Source of the DNA: Mobula hypostoma
Lineage: Eukaryota
Length of the DNA: 64,000 bases
Assembly: GCF_963921235.1 (NCBI RefSeq)
Contig: NC_086107.1
Span: 98,644,001-98,708,000 of the forward strand
Direction of reading: 5' to 3'
Positions 27,046-38,760 of the stretch are shown piece after piece. How positions within the stretch are numbered: position 1 is the first letter of the stretch; each line of letters starts with the position of its first letter. Position numbers and translations under genes: made by a program. Below the pieces are notes generated by a model that worked only from the letters and a program-made list of their open reading frames with translations, did no database searches and was not told where the DNA came from.

Positions 27046-29289
27046 ACCAAGCAGGTGCCATAAAGGCATCAAATTCGAGCAAAACAAAGCAAATATTAGT
27101 TTGAACAGTTCTGCTCATGCCTCAAATCTATTTTGAAAGAAGTGCTCTTCGGACTAATCAAGCAATAGCCTGATATAGCTGTACGTGTGGTCAACACACC
27201 TGGCTCCACCATCTCAGTGTCCAGTGAGCCAGAGCAATAGAAAGTGTTGGTATCTGTTGGAATGCTGTTGAATATTGTGTTATCGTATTGTGTTTTGCCG
27301 GTATGACTGAAGGAAAAGCATTAACTAGCTGAAGATTGCTGCGGCTAGGACACTACCCAGGGGAACTGCAGAGGTATCCTGTGGCTGAGATGATTGTCCT
27401 CCGACACCACAACTATCTTCCTCTGGGCTGAATATGATTCCGTTGTAAGGTGAACAAAGTCACCAGAGAGATATAGAAGTGTTTTATTCAACAAAAACAA
27501 GCACCAGGCATCCTATTGAGACCATCTTGGAGGAAGAGGCCTCCCTGACTGAATATTACATGACATTTGTGTATGCTAAGAATCAAAGACAAGCCAATTC
27601 TATAGTTACAAAGTGTCTACAATGCTTCCTTTGAATTACATGTAGTTTTCACACACGACTTTCTTCGTACCCACACTCCAGACACCCAGAATGAATGCTA
27701 ATCAGCATTGTCTGGTTTGCAATCAACTCCAGTCTACAGCTCCAGGAAAACTTGTTCAGGGCTGCATTTTAAATTCAACCTACAATCCATGTTCATGTCT
27801 AAAGGTTGTTTGCAGGTGAAATTAATATTTGCTATATACTTAACTTCAGAATATGCCATGATAATTTCACCAGCAGAAGATTCCTTGCCCACCCTGCCAA
27901 TTCCCATTGACTCCAGTTTAACTGGGTCTCCGTGATACAATACTCAATCAAATGCTGATTTGACATTGAGGGCAGTTGCTCTTTGTTCACCTCTGAAGTT
28001 CGGCTCTTTAGCCCATGTTTTTGACTAAGGTCAGGAGTTGACTGACTACGGCAGAGTCTGAACTGAGCGCTTGTGTGCAGGTTATTGCTGAGCGAGTGCC
28101 TCGTGACAGCTCTGTTGACTGTGCCTTCCATCTGCCGATGGTTGAGAGTAGACTAACGGGGCAGCATCCCACCAGGTTTTATGAAAAGTGACTTCAGAGA
28201 GTGGATTTGTTGGTTATGACCTTCCAAAAGTATCCAGATTCTGGAAAAGTTCCAGTACATAATAAAACAATGGATGTCTCTCTTTGAAAACAAGGAAAGA
28301 CACAAGTGGAAGCTATGGGATAATAGGGAAGATTGTGGAATCTGTTACTGAGAAAGTGACAACATGAAACTTAGGAAGATATGGTACAGCAGGGTAGTCA
28401 CTGTGGAAATGGTATTCAACAAATTGATCAGAGCACGTTGAAGATGCAGTTTTTTTAAGCGTGTTGTACCAGACATTCAGCCATTCTTGCCTGGCACGTG
28501 GTGTCAGGATTAACTGGGTCACGTTATGAATGTTTCTGACTCGACCCTTGTATTTTTTACGAGGCCATGTGGCTAGCTCGACACTCAACCCGGCACGGAT
28601 GGAAAGCGTGCTCGGGAGTGGCCCGACCTGGATTCGAACTCGGAAGCCTTCGCTCTGGAGTCCGGCACTGATCTCACTGCATCCATTAAGAAGATGCAGT
28701 GAGCAGCATCCATTAAGAATGACCAGTAAATGTAGTATACTTGGATTTCCAAAAGGCTTGTAATTCGGTGCCACGTAGCTGAGATTGGGAGCAGAATTAG
28801 GCCATTTGGCCCATCGAGTCTGCTCTGCTATTAGGCAAAATAAGTATAGTGTTCTCGTGCAGTGTGTTGAAACTCTGACTAAACACCAAGTTAAACCGGA
28901 GCCAATGAAGCCAGAGTCGTAGTAAGGTTAACCATTTACTGTTCACTCTTCTACATTAACATCATATGGGGAAAAGGTGTTGCTTCTATAACGTTTCTTT
29001 GTGGGTAGACACGGAGCTCTTCAGGATCATGCTGCACGACTTCTCCGAACCAGAGGTTACACATAAGACGCGGCGAAACCGGAGGTGACATCATCACATG
29101 CCGCGATATACCGTAGACAATGAATTTACCTTTGTTATACTGTAACTTAATTATCAACCTTTAACTTTAACTAGAAAATAGTTACAAACAACCATTTAAA
29201 GCACACACCCAACAAAGTCAGATAAATGCCTTAAGGGCAACACAATGAGAACTCATAATATGAAGCAATATTAGTATGGATAGAGTATT

Positions 29290-29640
29290 ATTATATGCTG
29301 TTGGTGTTCATGGTCTTTTGACCACGATTGTTCTTGGCAAATTCCTCTCCAGAAATGGTTTGCCATTGCCGCCTTCTGGGCAGTGTCTTTACAAGATGGC
29401 TGACCCCAGCCATCGTCGATACTGTTCAGAGATTGTCTGCCTGGTGTCAGTGGTCGCACAACCAAGAGTTGTGATATACACTGGCTCCTCATACGACCAT
29501 CCGCCACCAGCTCCCATGGCTTCACGTGACCCTGATCGCGGGGATGGGGGTTAAGGGTGACCTGCAGGCCAGCGGAGGGAAGGAGTGCCTTATAGCTCCT
29601 TTGGCAGAGATGCATGCCCAGCCCGCCACCCGATGGATAG
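29290..29640 (-). mobile_element. RTE-tailed SINE-like element
   Basis: The minus strand has AGAAGGCGGCAATGGCAAACCA, resembling the BovB/RTE-associated SINE motif. Confidence 0.5.
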
Positions 29641-29911
29641 AGCACTGATGAAGTAGATGTTGATGTGGATCATTTTCAAGTTCATTTCGATGGGTTTTCG
29701 CTATCACTTCATTTGTGCTTTTTTTCAAGAAGGGTGGCAAGGTTCCAGCTGGAGTTGTGCAAATACAGAGAAATTCTCTCTTTTTTATAAGAAGCCACAG
29801 AATAAATTGATGAAAACAACAGGAATTCTGCAGATGCTGGAAATTCAAGCAACATACATCAAAGTTGCTGGTGAACGCAGCAGGCCAGGCAGCATCTATA
29901 GGAAGAGGTGC

Positions 29912-29947
29912 AGTCGACGTTTCAGGCCGAGACCCTTCGTCAGGACT
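29912..29947 (-). ncRNA. Minimal type I hammerhead ribozyme motif
   Basis: The minus strand reads AGUC-CUGACGA-AGG(GUCUCGG)CCU-GAAA-CG-UC-GACU: intact core, stem I AGUC/GACU. Confidence 0.7.
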
Positions 29948-30019
29948 AACTGAAGGAAGAGTGAGTAAGAGATTTGAAAGCTCCAGCTTTCAAATCCCTT
30001 ACTCACTCTTCCTTCAGTT

Positions 30020-30055
30020 AGTCCTGACGAAGGGTCTCGGCCTGAAACGTCGACT
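30020..30055 (+). ncRNA. Minimal type I hammerhead ribozyme motif
   Basis: AGUC-CUGACGA-AGG(GUCUCGG)CCU-GAAA-CG-UC-GACU; palindromic ACGU in place of stem III; GUC cleavage triplet at 30049-30051. Confidence 0.7.
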
Positions 30056-30810
30056 GCGCCTCTTCCTATAGAATAAATTGATGAAAAAGGTTTTGTGGAT
30101 TAAAAATGAGTTTTGTGCAGCTGGGGTTAAGTTCAATTTCAAGTTTGCTATCATTCCAGCTGTATACCCCAAACAAAATAATGTACAATGCAATACGCAT
30201 AACTCACACACAACACATAAAGTAGCTTTACCACGAATAATTTAACAAATAAGATGGTGCATTTACTACACAAGTTAAAAAATAAAACAGTATGACGTTT
30301 CTGCCACCTCATCCGTGGTGAGACCTGGGTGGTGGCAGGCAGTTCAATAGTTCTACGTGTGGGGATGGAGAAGCTGTTTGTCATCCTAACAGTTCTAGTC
30401 CCAATGCAAATACTGATTCTCCTTGGGGAAGAGGAAGTTGACAGAAGTTTGTGTGAAGTATATTTTAAATTTTGAAATGTTTAGTTGAAGTATTTTTTTT
30501 AAAAGTTGTGCCATAACCTCTTACTCATACCCATGCCTCAGCTAATGAAAGCAAATACTTCATGCTCGGCCTTCACACTCTTAACTCCTTTGTTTCTTCA
30601 TCTCATGTTCTCGATATTTATTGCTTATCATTATTATTTGCTTTTCATTTTGCATTTACACAGTCTGTATTTTGCACATTGGTTGTTTGTCTTAGGTGCA
30701 GTCTTTCATCGATTCCATTGTGCTTCTTTGTGTTTGCTGTGAATGCCAGCACAAAAATGAATCTCGGGGTTAGAATATGGTGACATATATGTAATTTGAA
30801 AATAAGACGA

Positions 30811-31442
30811 CACGGTTGGGTAATGGTTAGCACAACGCTTTGGATGAAAGACGAACGTCTGCCGAAACAAATCTTCTACTCCCAGCTTAAAGAAGGCAAA
30901 CGTAAAAGAGGCGGACAACAGAAGAGATTCAAAGACGTCTTAAAAGCCAACATGAAGAAATGTAACATCAACATCAACAATTGGGAAACCAATGCCAAGG
31001 ACAGGAAACTGTGGCAAGCCATCATCCGAGAAGGAACAGCAACTTTCGAAGCCAACAGATGTGCAGAATTAGAAGAAACGAGAAGAAAATGGAAAGAGAG
31101 GCAGCAACAACCGAAGTCCGATCTGCCATCTGGAACTACCTGTCCTGAATGCGGAAGAACTTTCAAAGCCAAGATTGGACTCATAAGCCACTTTACTGTA
31201 CCAGCGATAGGTTAAATTCCCTTCGCTGCCTGTGAGCAGTTTGTACATTCTCCCTGTGACCATGTGGGTTTCCTCCAGATGCTCTGGTTTCCTCCCACAG
31301 TCCAAAGACGTACTGATTAGTAGGCTAATTGGACATTGTAGATTGCCCCGCGGTTAGGCTAGAGTTAAATCAGGGTTGCTGGGCAGTGAGGCTCAAAGGG
31401 CTGGGAGGGCCTATTTTACATTGCATCTTAATAATTAAATAA
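30811..31442 (+). mobile_element. HE1/V-SINE-type SINE interrupted by an RTE fragment
   Basis: Head GGTAATGGTTAGCACAACGCTTT resumes as TTTACTGTACCAGCGA at ~31192; V-domain core at 31262-31310. Confidence 0.75.
30841..31190 (+). mobile_element. RTE LINE ORF2 C-terminal fragment
   Basis: RLPKQIFYSQLKEGKRKRGGQQKRFKDVLK...WETNAKDRKLW...CPECGRTFKAKIGLISH (C-terminal zinc finger). Confidence 0.85.
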
Positions 31443-31498
31443 TTTCTTTGAACTTTTGAGCTTTGAACCTTTATTGCCACCTTTTGGGAATCTCTGTA

Positions 31499-31847
31499 CG
31501 ATCGGCTCTCCATATCCGCAGGAGTTTGGTTCCGGGACCCCCCCCCCTCCGTGGATACCAATTTCCGCGGATGCTCAAGTCCCCTATGTAAAATGGCGTA
31601 GTATTTGTATATAACCTACACACATCCTTCCGTATACTTTAAATCGTCTCTAAATTACTTATAATACCTAATACGATGTAAATGCTATGTAAGTAGTTGT
31701 TATACTGTATTGTTTAGGGAATAATGACAAGAAGAAAAAGTCTGTACATGTTCAAACAGCGAGTGCTGGCAAGAGAACTTCCGGGTTGTTTTTTTTTCCG
31801 ATCCCGATCCGCAGTTGGTTGAATCCGCGGATACGGAGGGCCGACTT
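31499..31847. mobile_element. MER2-like Tigger (pogo superfamily) MITE
   Basis: TIRs CGATCGGCTCTCCATATCCGC / GCGGATACGGAGGGCCGACTT, TA flanks at 31497-98 and 31848-49; the internal sequence matches my recollection of mammalian MER2. Confidence 0.85.
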
Positions 31848-32459
31848 TATATAGAGGTCCCTGTTTCCCAGTACTCTCCAGGACACGTCCTACCTTTGTT
31901 TGTTCCATCAAAGTGCCTCAACCATTCGGTTCCAACTAATCACCACAATAACACAATGTCTGCTTTAATCATTTTGCACTGAATAAGCTTATTGTTGAAA
32001 TTGTGTGAAATTTGTTTTTCTTGTGAATGCTGCTTATCTGATGCAATGTGCCAGTGATGGGGCTGCTGTGAATCTGCCAACCACTGCAGCTGTGCACACT
32101 TACTTCAGCATTTGATAATAAGCTCAACTTTGACTGTACGTTTGTTTGGGTTGAATTCCACAATTAACTTCAGGTTTAAATTTCAACGAAGCTTGCAAAG
32201 GTCAGTGGGCAAGGAAGGGGAAACGGGGGCACCTGATCTGAGATTTTTGCAGTGCTTCTAAATCAAAGCTTGCGTTGAGGGGCAGATAGCTAATCTCCTA
32301 CTTGCCCCCAAGCAATGGGTGCGGGTTTTAAGAACCGGTGCTCTCAAAGAACGGAGCTTGCACTTGCGGGGGGGGGGGCGGGGCGGGGGATGGGAAGAGA
32401 GACTGCGTTTCCAAAGCACGTTCGTTCATTCTGGACCAAAAGGTTTTGCAATGGCGGGG

Positions 32460-32698
32460 AATATTCCCACAATGAGGTGACTCACAAGATCATCTGATTT
32501 TTGGGATGCTCGGTCAAGGGTTAAAAATTGGCCGGAGCGCCAGGGAGAATATCCCTGCCCTTCATTGAAAATTTCCATTCAGGTCTTCTACCTGAGAAAG
32601 AAGATTCACCCTTGTCCTCATGTCTCAATGAAAAAACAGCAGTAGTCTTTCTGTACTGCATAGAAGCGTCAGCTTAGAATTTATTGCTTAAGTCTCTG
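32460..32698 (-). mobile_element. Ancient DeuSINE (SacSINE1-like) relic
   Basis: AATTGGCCGGAGCGCCAGGGAGAATATCCCTGCCCTTC...GTACTGCATAGAAGCGTCAGCTTAGAATTTATTGCTTAAGTCTCTG resembles the recalled Deu-domain shark SINE consensus; a further fragment lies at ~39688-39765. Confidence 0.55.
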
Positions 32699-32784
32699 TA
32701 ATGATTTAATTGCACTGCAAATTGACTCCAAGGTGAAAATGCTACCCACTGTAATACCAGGCATAACATTTCTTAAACATGACA

Positions 32785-33385
32785 GTCTGGAAATCCAAAG
32801 CAACACACACAAAATGCTGGAGGAACTCAGCAGGTCAGGCAGTATCCATGGAATTAGCAAACAGTCGACATTTTGGGCCAAGATCCTTCTTCAGGACTGA
32901 GAAGGAAGGGGGAAGACGCAGGAATATGAAGGTGGGGTTTGGGGAGGGAGGCTTGCTAGAAAGTGATGGGTAAAGCCAGGTGGGTGGGAAACGTCAAGGG
33001 CTGGAGAAGAAATCTGATGACAGAGGAGAATGGACAATAGGAGAAAGGGGAGGAGGAGACACTCCACAGAGAGTTGATAGGCAGGTGTGAAGAGGTAAAA
33101 GGCCAGAGTGGGGAATAGAAGAAGAGAGGAGGGAATTTTTTTTAACCAGAAGGGAAAATTGATATTCATGCCATCGAGTTGGAGGCTACCCAGATGGAAT
33201 ATAAGGTGTTTCTCCTCCACCCTGAAGGTAGCCTCATCTTGACACAAGAGGAGGTGTCTTGCCCCTTCCTTCCTTCTCAGTCCTGAAGAAGGGTCTCGGC
33301 TGGAAACATCGACTGTTCACATTTCCACAGATGCTGCCTGACCTGCTGAATCCCTCCTGCATTTTATGTGTGTTGCTTTGGGTTT
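32785..33385 (-). mobile_element. Truncated Penelope-like element: GIY-YIG C-terminus between inverted pseudo-LTR segments
   Basis: ORF 32891-33247 begins CQDEATFRVEEKHLIFHLGSLQLDGMNINF; terminal segments 32785-32910 and 33265-33385 are inverted, each with a degenerate hammerhead. Confidence 0.8.
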
Positions 33386-33849
33386 CTTAAAATCAACTCT
33401 CGATCTCTCTGCCTCCTGTAAGATTCGCAAGGTGAGGCAAGGGCAGGGTGAATTGAGGCATGAAATTCTGTAAAAGGATGTGATAGAATCGATTCCAAGA
33501 AGATACTTCCTCTTGGGGCAGTAATGAAAAACAAACAACAGCCTATTCAATGAGGAAGGAGATGAGCAAGCACCTTTCTCAGACAATGGACAGTGAATCC
33601 TCTGTTGCAGATGCTTGGAGATCACTTGGGACGCATGAGCCTGAGGATGATAAGGTTGTTTTAAGAGAAGGTGTCCATGGCATGGAGTAAAATCAGAGAA
33701 TTCTAAGTGAAGGGTGTTAATGTAAGACTTGTTTTGCTTTAAGTCTATCAAATCTTATTTTGTTTTTTAAGAGGGAGGGAAGACATTTTGGTCATGGATG
33801 TGTGATAGCTAGCTCCTCCCAGTTGTGTGTTGGGACCTTTATCATCTGA

Positions 33850-34100
33850 TATACAGTGCAGAACAGGCCCTCCCGAGTCGCGGCACCCAGCAATTCTCCG
33901 ATTTAATCCTACCCTAATTGTGGGGCAGTTTACAATGACCAGTTAGCCTATCAACCGGTACGTCTGGACTGTGGGAGGAAACTGGAGCACCCGGAGGAAA
34001 CCCACGCAGTCACAGGGAGAACGTACAGGCAATGGTGGGAATTGAACGCGAGTCACTGGTACTGTAAAGCATTGTGCTAACTAGTTCTACCCTGCTGCCC
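33850..34100 (-). mobile_element. HE1/V-SINE-type SINE
   Basis: Reverse-complement V-domain GGACTGTGGGAGGAAACTGGAGCACCCGGAGGAAACCCAC and a tRNA head. Confidence 0.8.
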
Positions 34101-34339
34101 CAATTTGTTCAGAAGAGACTGAGTGGGCCAAAGAAACCCACCTCTACATATCAGTCACGTCATGAGTTTCTCTTGTCTTCATTAATGGAGAGCCTGGTGT
34201 TTTTTCTCTTCATTACAACTGAAGCATTGAGACCAAATGCAGTTCCCCAGCTACCCCACTGGGCTCTGGGGATTTAAAATGGTGCTGTTCCCTGCACAGT
34301 AGAGAAACTGTCTTATTGCTGACATACGGGTGTTGGTGT

Positions 34340-35530
34340 TGGATCAAATCTGCAGCACGTTTGCAGGAGAAGCAGAGGAGCAATAAACAGAACAAAACAC
34401 TTCTGTTTTGCTGCCTTCCATACAGTTCATTCTATATAAGGGACATTTAAGTTCTACAAAGAGGAAAACAATAACAGAATGCAGAATATACGTAGTTGCA
34501 GATACACAGTAAATGCAGTGTAGGTGGACAACTAAGATGTCAGGGCCACGATGAGTTAATTGAGAGATGAAAAGTTCATCCGTATCATGTGAAATATGTT
34601 CAAAAGCCTTATTATAGCAGGATGGAAATTCCCTCGAGCTGGGTGGTGGTGTGTTTTCAACGTTTTGTATCTTCTGACCAATGGAAAGCGAGGTGAGTAA
34701 CTGAGGTGGGAAGGGACTTTGGTCATGTGAGTTGCTTTTCCGAAGTGTGGAGAGGAGCCTGGTTCTCATGATGGATTGCACAGTGCCCACAACTCTGCCA
34801 TCCCTTGTGCTTTTGAGGCAGAGCTGTTACCATTCCGAGCTGTATCCAGGTGGGATACTTTTAATGGTGTATCTATAAACATTGGTGAGAGTGAACAGGG
34901 ACATGGTGATATTGATGACCTTGGCAACTTGATGCTCCCACTCATCTCCATCTCAGCACCATCGATGCAGATGGTGTATACTCCACTTGCTTCCCGAAAT
35001 GAATGGCCAGCTCTGTTCTATTTCTAACATTGAGGGAAGAGTTCTTCTCAACATCCTGCTACTGGAAGATGTATCTGCTTCTTGTACTCCATCTCTTTGT
35101 TGTTTGAGATCCAGCCCACAACAGTAGTGTCATCTACAAACTTGTAGATTGAGTTAGAGCAGAATTTGGCCATGCAGTGGCAGGAGAATAGGGAGTCAAG
35201 TGGTGAGGACATAGACCTGTGGAGCATCATGATGGAAGTGTTGCTGCCTGTCCTTGCCGTGATCTTTGGTCAGGAAGTGAAGGAACCAGGTATGGAGAAC
35301 TGTGCCAAGCCCCAGCTGTAGGAGTTTAGAGGCAAAGTTGTCTAGAATTATGGTATTGAAGGTCAAACTAGAATTAGGAGTCTAATGTAAGTGTCTTTGT
35401 CATCCAGACGTTCCAGAGATAAGTGTAGGGCCACGGAGGTGACATCTGCCAAGGGTCTGTCCCAGCAGTAGAGTTCGAGAGCAGTCACCAGTCTTTCAGA
35501 GCATTTCATGATGGTAAAGGCTAAAGTAAA
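34340..35530 (-). mobile_element. Decayed Rex1/Babar-type LINE with RT motifs
   Basis: SIYKFVDDTTVVG, IMKCSERLV, KDTYIRLL peptides. Confidence 0.7.
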
Positions 35531-35872
35531 AGCTAAGTATGTGTACAACAAGTATTGAGTCATAGATACCAGCAAGTATCCAGCTAGTTGCAAAGGAATT
35601 AAGGGGAAATGGAAATAAGAAAGACGTTGGGAAAAGCCTAGCTACCAACTTAAATGTGTGTGGTGGGGTGGGGCCCATTAAGAACAATGTGAAGTTGCGC
35701 AAACGGAGGCCAGTGTTAAGGGACTAAATGAGCACGGTGCATCTGTCTCTTCACCAGGGAAGATGGGGGTTCCAAACAAATAGGGAAGGCAATGATAGTT
35801 GATATGTAAAATAAAAATATGTATATTTGCATGGAAGTAATAGGAAAAGTTGAATGAACTCAAAAATAGATA

Positions 35873-37222
35873 CAGTGCCTATAAAATGTATTCATCCCCC
35901 TTGGAAGTTTTCACGTTTTATTGTTTTACAACACTGAATCATAGTGAATTTAATTTGGCTTTTTTTTGACACTGATCAAAAGAAAAAGACCCCCTCGTGT
36001 CAAAGTGAAAATGTCTCTACAAGGTGATCTACATTAATTACAAAGATAAATCGCAAAATAATTGATTGTGTAAGTATTCACCCCCTTTAATATGATGCAC
36101 CATATCATCACTGGTGTAGCCAATTGGTTTTAGAAGTCACATAATTAGTTAAATGGAGATCACCTGTGTGCAATCGAGTGTGTCAATTGATTGTAGTAAA
36201 AATAGCCTGTATCTGGAAAGTCCAACTGCTGGTGAGTCAGTATCCTGGAAAAACCCACACCATGAAGACAAAAGAACACTCCAACCAAACTCCGCGAAAC
36301 AGCTATTGAAAAGTATTAGTCGCAGTCTTATGGGAGAGTGACAAAGAGAAAGCCACTTGGGAAAAAAATTCATGTGAAATCTCGGCTACAGTTTACCAGA
36401 AGGTATGTGGGAGACTCTGAAGTCAGCTGGAAGAAGGCTCTATGGTCTAATGAAACCAAAATTGAGATTTCTGGCCATCAGGCTAAACACTGTGTTTGGC
36501 ATGATCAGAAACACACCATCCCTATTGTGAAGCATGGTGGCGGCTGCATCATGCTGTGGGGACGCTTCACTGCAGCAGGCCCTGGAAGGCTTGTGAAGGT
36601 AGAGGGTAAAATGTATGCAGCAAAATACAGGGAAATCCTGGAGGAAAATTTGGTGCAGTTCTGCAAGAGAACTGCGACTTGAGAGAAGATTTGTTTTCCG
36701 GCAAGACAACGATCCCAAGCATAAAGCCAAAGCTACACTGGAATGGCTTAAAAGTAACAAAGCTAATGTCCTGGAGTGGCCAAGTCAGAGTCCAAACCTC
36801 AAACCAACTGAGAATTTCTGGCTGGACTTGAAAAGGGCTGTTCACTCTTGACCCCCATGCAATCTGACAGAGTTTGCGCAGTTTTGTAAAGCAGAATGGG
36901 GAAAAATTGATGAGTCTAGGTGTCCAAAGCTGATTAAGACCTATCCACACAAACTCCAGGCTGTAATTGCCACCAAAGGTGCATCTTCTAAATACTGACT
37001 TGAAGGAGGTGAATACTTGTGCAATCAATTATTTTGTGTTTTATATTTGTAATTAATTTAGATCATTTCATAGAGATCTGTTTTCACATTGACACGAAGG
37101 AGTCTTTTTCTGTTGATCTGTGTCAAAAAAGCCAAATTAAATCCACTCAGATTCAAACATGAAGACTTGAAAACTTCTGGGACAGGAAGGAGGAGTGGGG
37201 TGAATTCTTTTTATAGACACTA
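35873..37222 (+). mobile_element. Tc1-family DNA transposon (IR/DR type), internally deleted, inactive
   Basis: TA-CAGTG...CACTA-TA ends with long TIRs and an inner repeat GTATTCACCCCCTT; transposase motifs [42 protein letters not shown]; frameshift near 36650. Confidence 0.92.
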
Positions 37223-37351
37223 TAAGTCACCAAAACCACAACTACGCTTGTTTCATAATTGCACTTGCCTGCTTGTCCCAGGACAGGCCTTCCAAAATAA
37301 TAACACTTAGGAAATTAAATTTGCTGACACTCTCCACCTCTGTAAGTTTTT

Positions 37352-38760
37352 ACAAGACCATAAAGACATAGGAGCAGAATTAGGCCATTCAGCCCACTGA
37401 GTCTGCTCCGCCATTCCATCCCTACTGATTTATTGTCCCTCTCAGCTCCATTCTCCTGCCTTCTCCCCGTAACTTTTGACACCCTGACTAGGCAAAAACC
37501 TAACAGCCTCCGCTTCAAATATACTCAATGACTTGGCCTCCACAGTGTCCGTGGTGACAAGTTCCACAGATTCACCACCCTCTAGCTAAAGAAGTTCCTC
37601 CTCATCTCTGTTCTAAATTGATTTCTCTATTCTGAGGCTATGCCCTCTGGTCCTAGACTCACCTACTGTAGGAAACCCTCTCCACATCCTCTCTATTTAG
37701 GCCTTTCGATATTCAATAGGTTTCATTGAGAGCCCCCCTCAATCTTCTAAACTCCAGTGAGTACAGGGTCAGAGTCGTCAAATGCCCCTCATGTTAACCC
37801 TTTCATTTCCAGAATAATTCTTGAACACCTTCCCATCATTCTTTCCAATGCCAGCACATCTTTTAAATGAGGGGCCCAAAACTTCTCTCAATACTCCAAG
37901 TGCAATCTGACCAATGCCTTATTAAGCCTTAGCATCACGTCCTTGCTCTCATATTCTAGTCCTCTCAAAATGAGTACTAACATTGCATTGGCCTTCCTTA
38001 CTACCAACTCAACCTGCGAGTTAACCTTTAGGGAATCCTGCACTAGAACCCCCAAGTCCCTTTCTACTTCTGATTTTTGAACCTTCTCCCTGTTCAGAAA
38101 ATAGTCTACGCTTTCTGCCAAAGTGCTTGGCCATACACTTCCCTACACTATATTACGTCTGCCAATTCTTCCCAGTCTTCCAGTCTGTCCAAGGACTTCT
38201 GCAGACTCCCTGCTTCCTCAACACTACCTGCCCCTCCATCTATTTTTGTATCGTCTGCAAACTTGGCCACAAAGCCATCAATTCTATCTCCACATCATTG
38301 ACATATAACGTGAGAAGAAGCAATCCCAGTACTGACCCCTGCGGATCACCTCTAGTCACTGGCTGCCAACCAGAATGGGCCCTCTTTATTCGGACTCTTT
38401 GCCTCCTACCAATCAGCCAATCTTCTATCCATGCTAGTTATCTTTCCTGTAATACTATGGTCTCTTCTCTTGTTTACCAGCCTTGCGTGAGTCCCTTTGT
38501 CAAAGGCCTTCTGAAAATCCAAGTTCACAACATCCACCAACTCTCCTTTGTCTATCCTGCCTGTTATTTTCTCAAAGAATTCCAACATTCATCAGGCAAG
38601 ATTTCCCCTGAAGGCTGACTTTAGGCTACTTTTTTTTATGCGCCTCCAAATACCCTGAAACTTCACCCTTAATGATAGAATTCACTTTCCTCCCAACCAC
38701 TGATGTCAGGCTAACTAGCTAGCCTATAATTTCCTTTCTTCTGCTTCCCTCCCTCCTTAA
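37352..38760 (-). mobile_element. CR1 (HER1-like) RT and 3' fragment
   Basis: LEFFEKITGRIDKGELVDVVNLDFQKAFDK; ERDLGVLVQDSLK...ALVRLHLEY; tail ...CCATAAAGACATAGG. Confidence 0.85.

Larger units (their letters stand above)
29817..30069. mobile_element. Young palindromic Penelope-derived insertion
   Basis: 88-bp inverted arms (29895-29982 / 29985-30072, 2 mismatches); perfect 18-bp TSD AGAATAAATTGATGAAAA (29799-29816, 30070-30087). Confidence 0.85.

Noticed and set aside
28850..29242. Possible solo LTR (TGTT...AACA); similar candidate near 27443
   Set aside because: No matching TSD and no second copy in the window; cannot be supported without a search.
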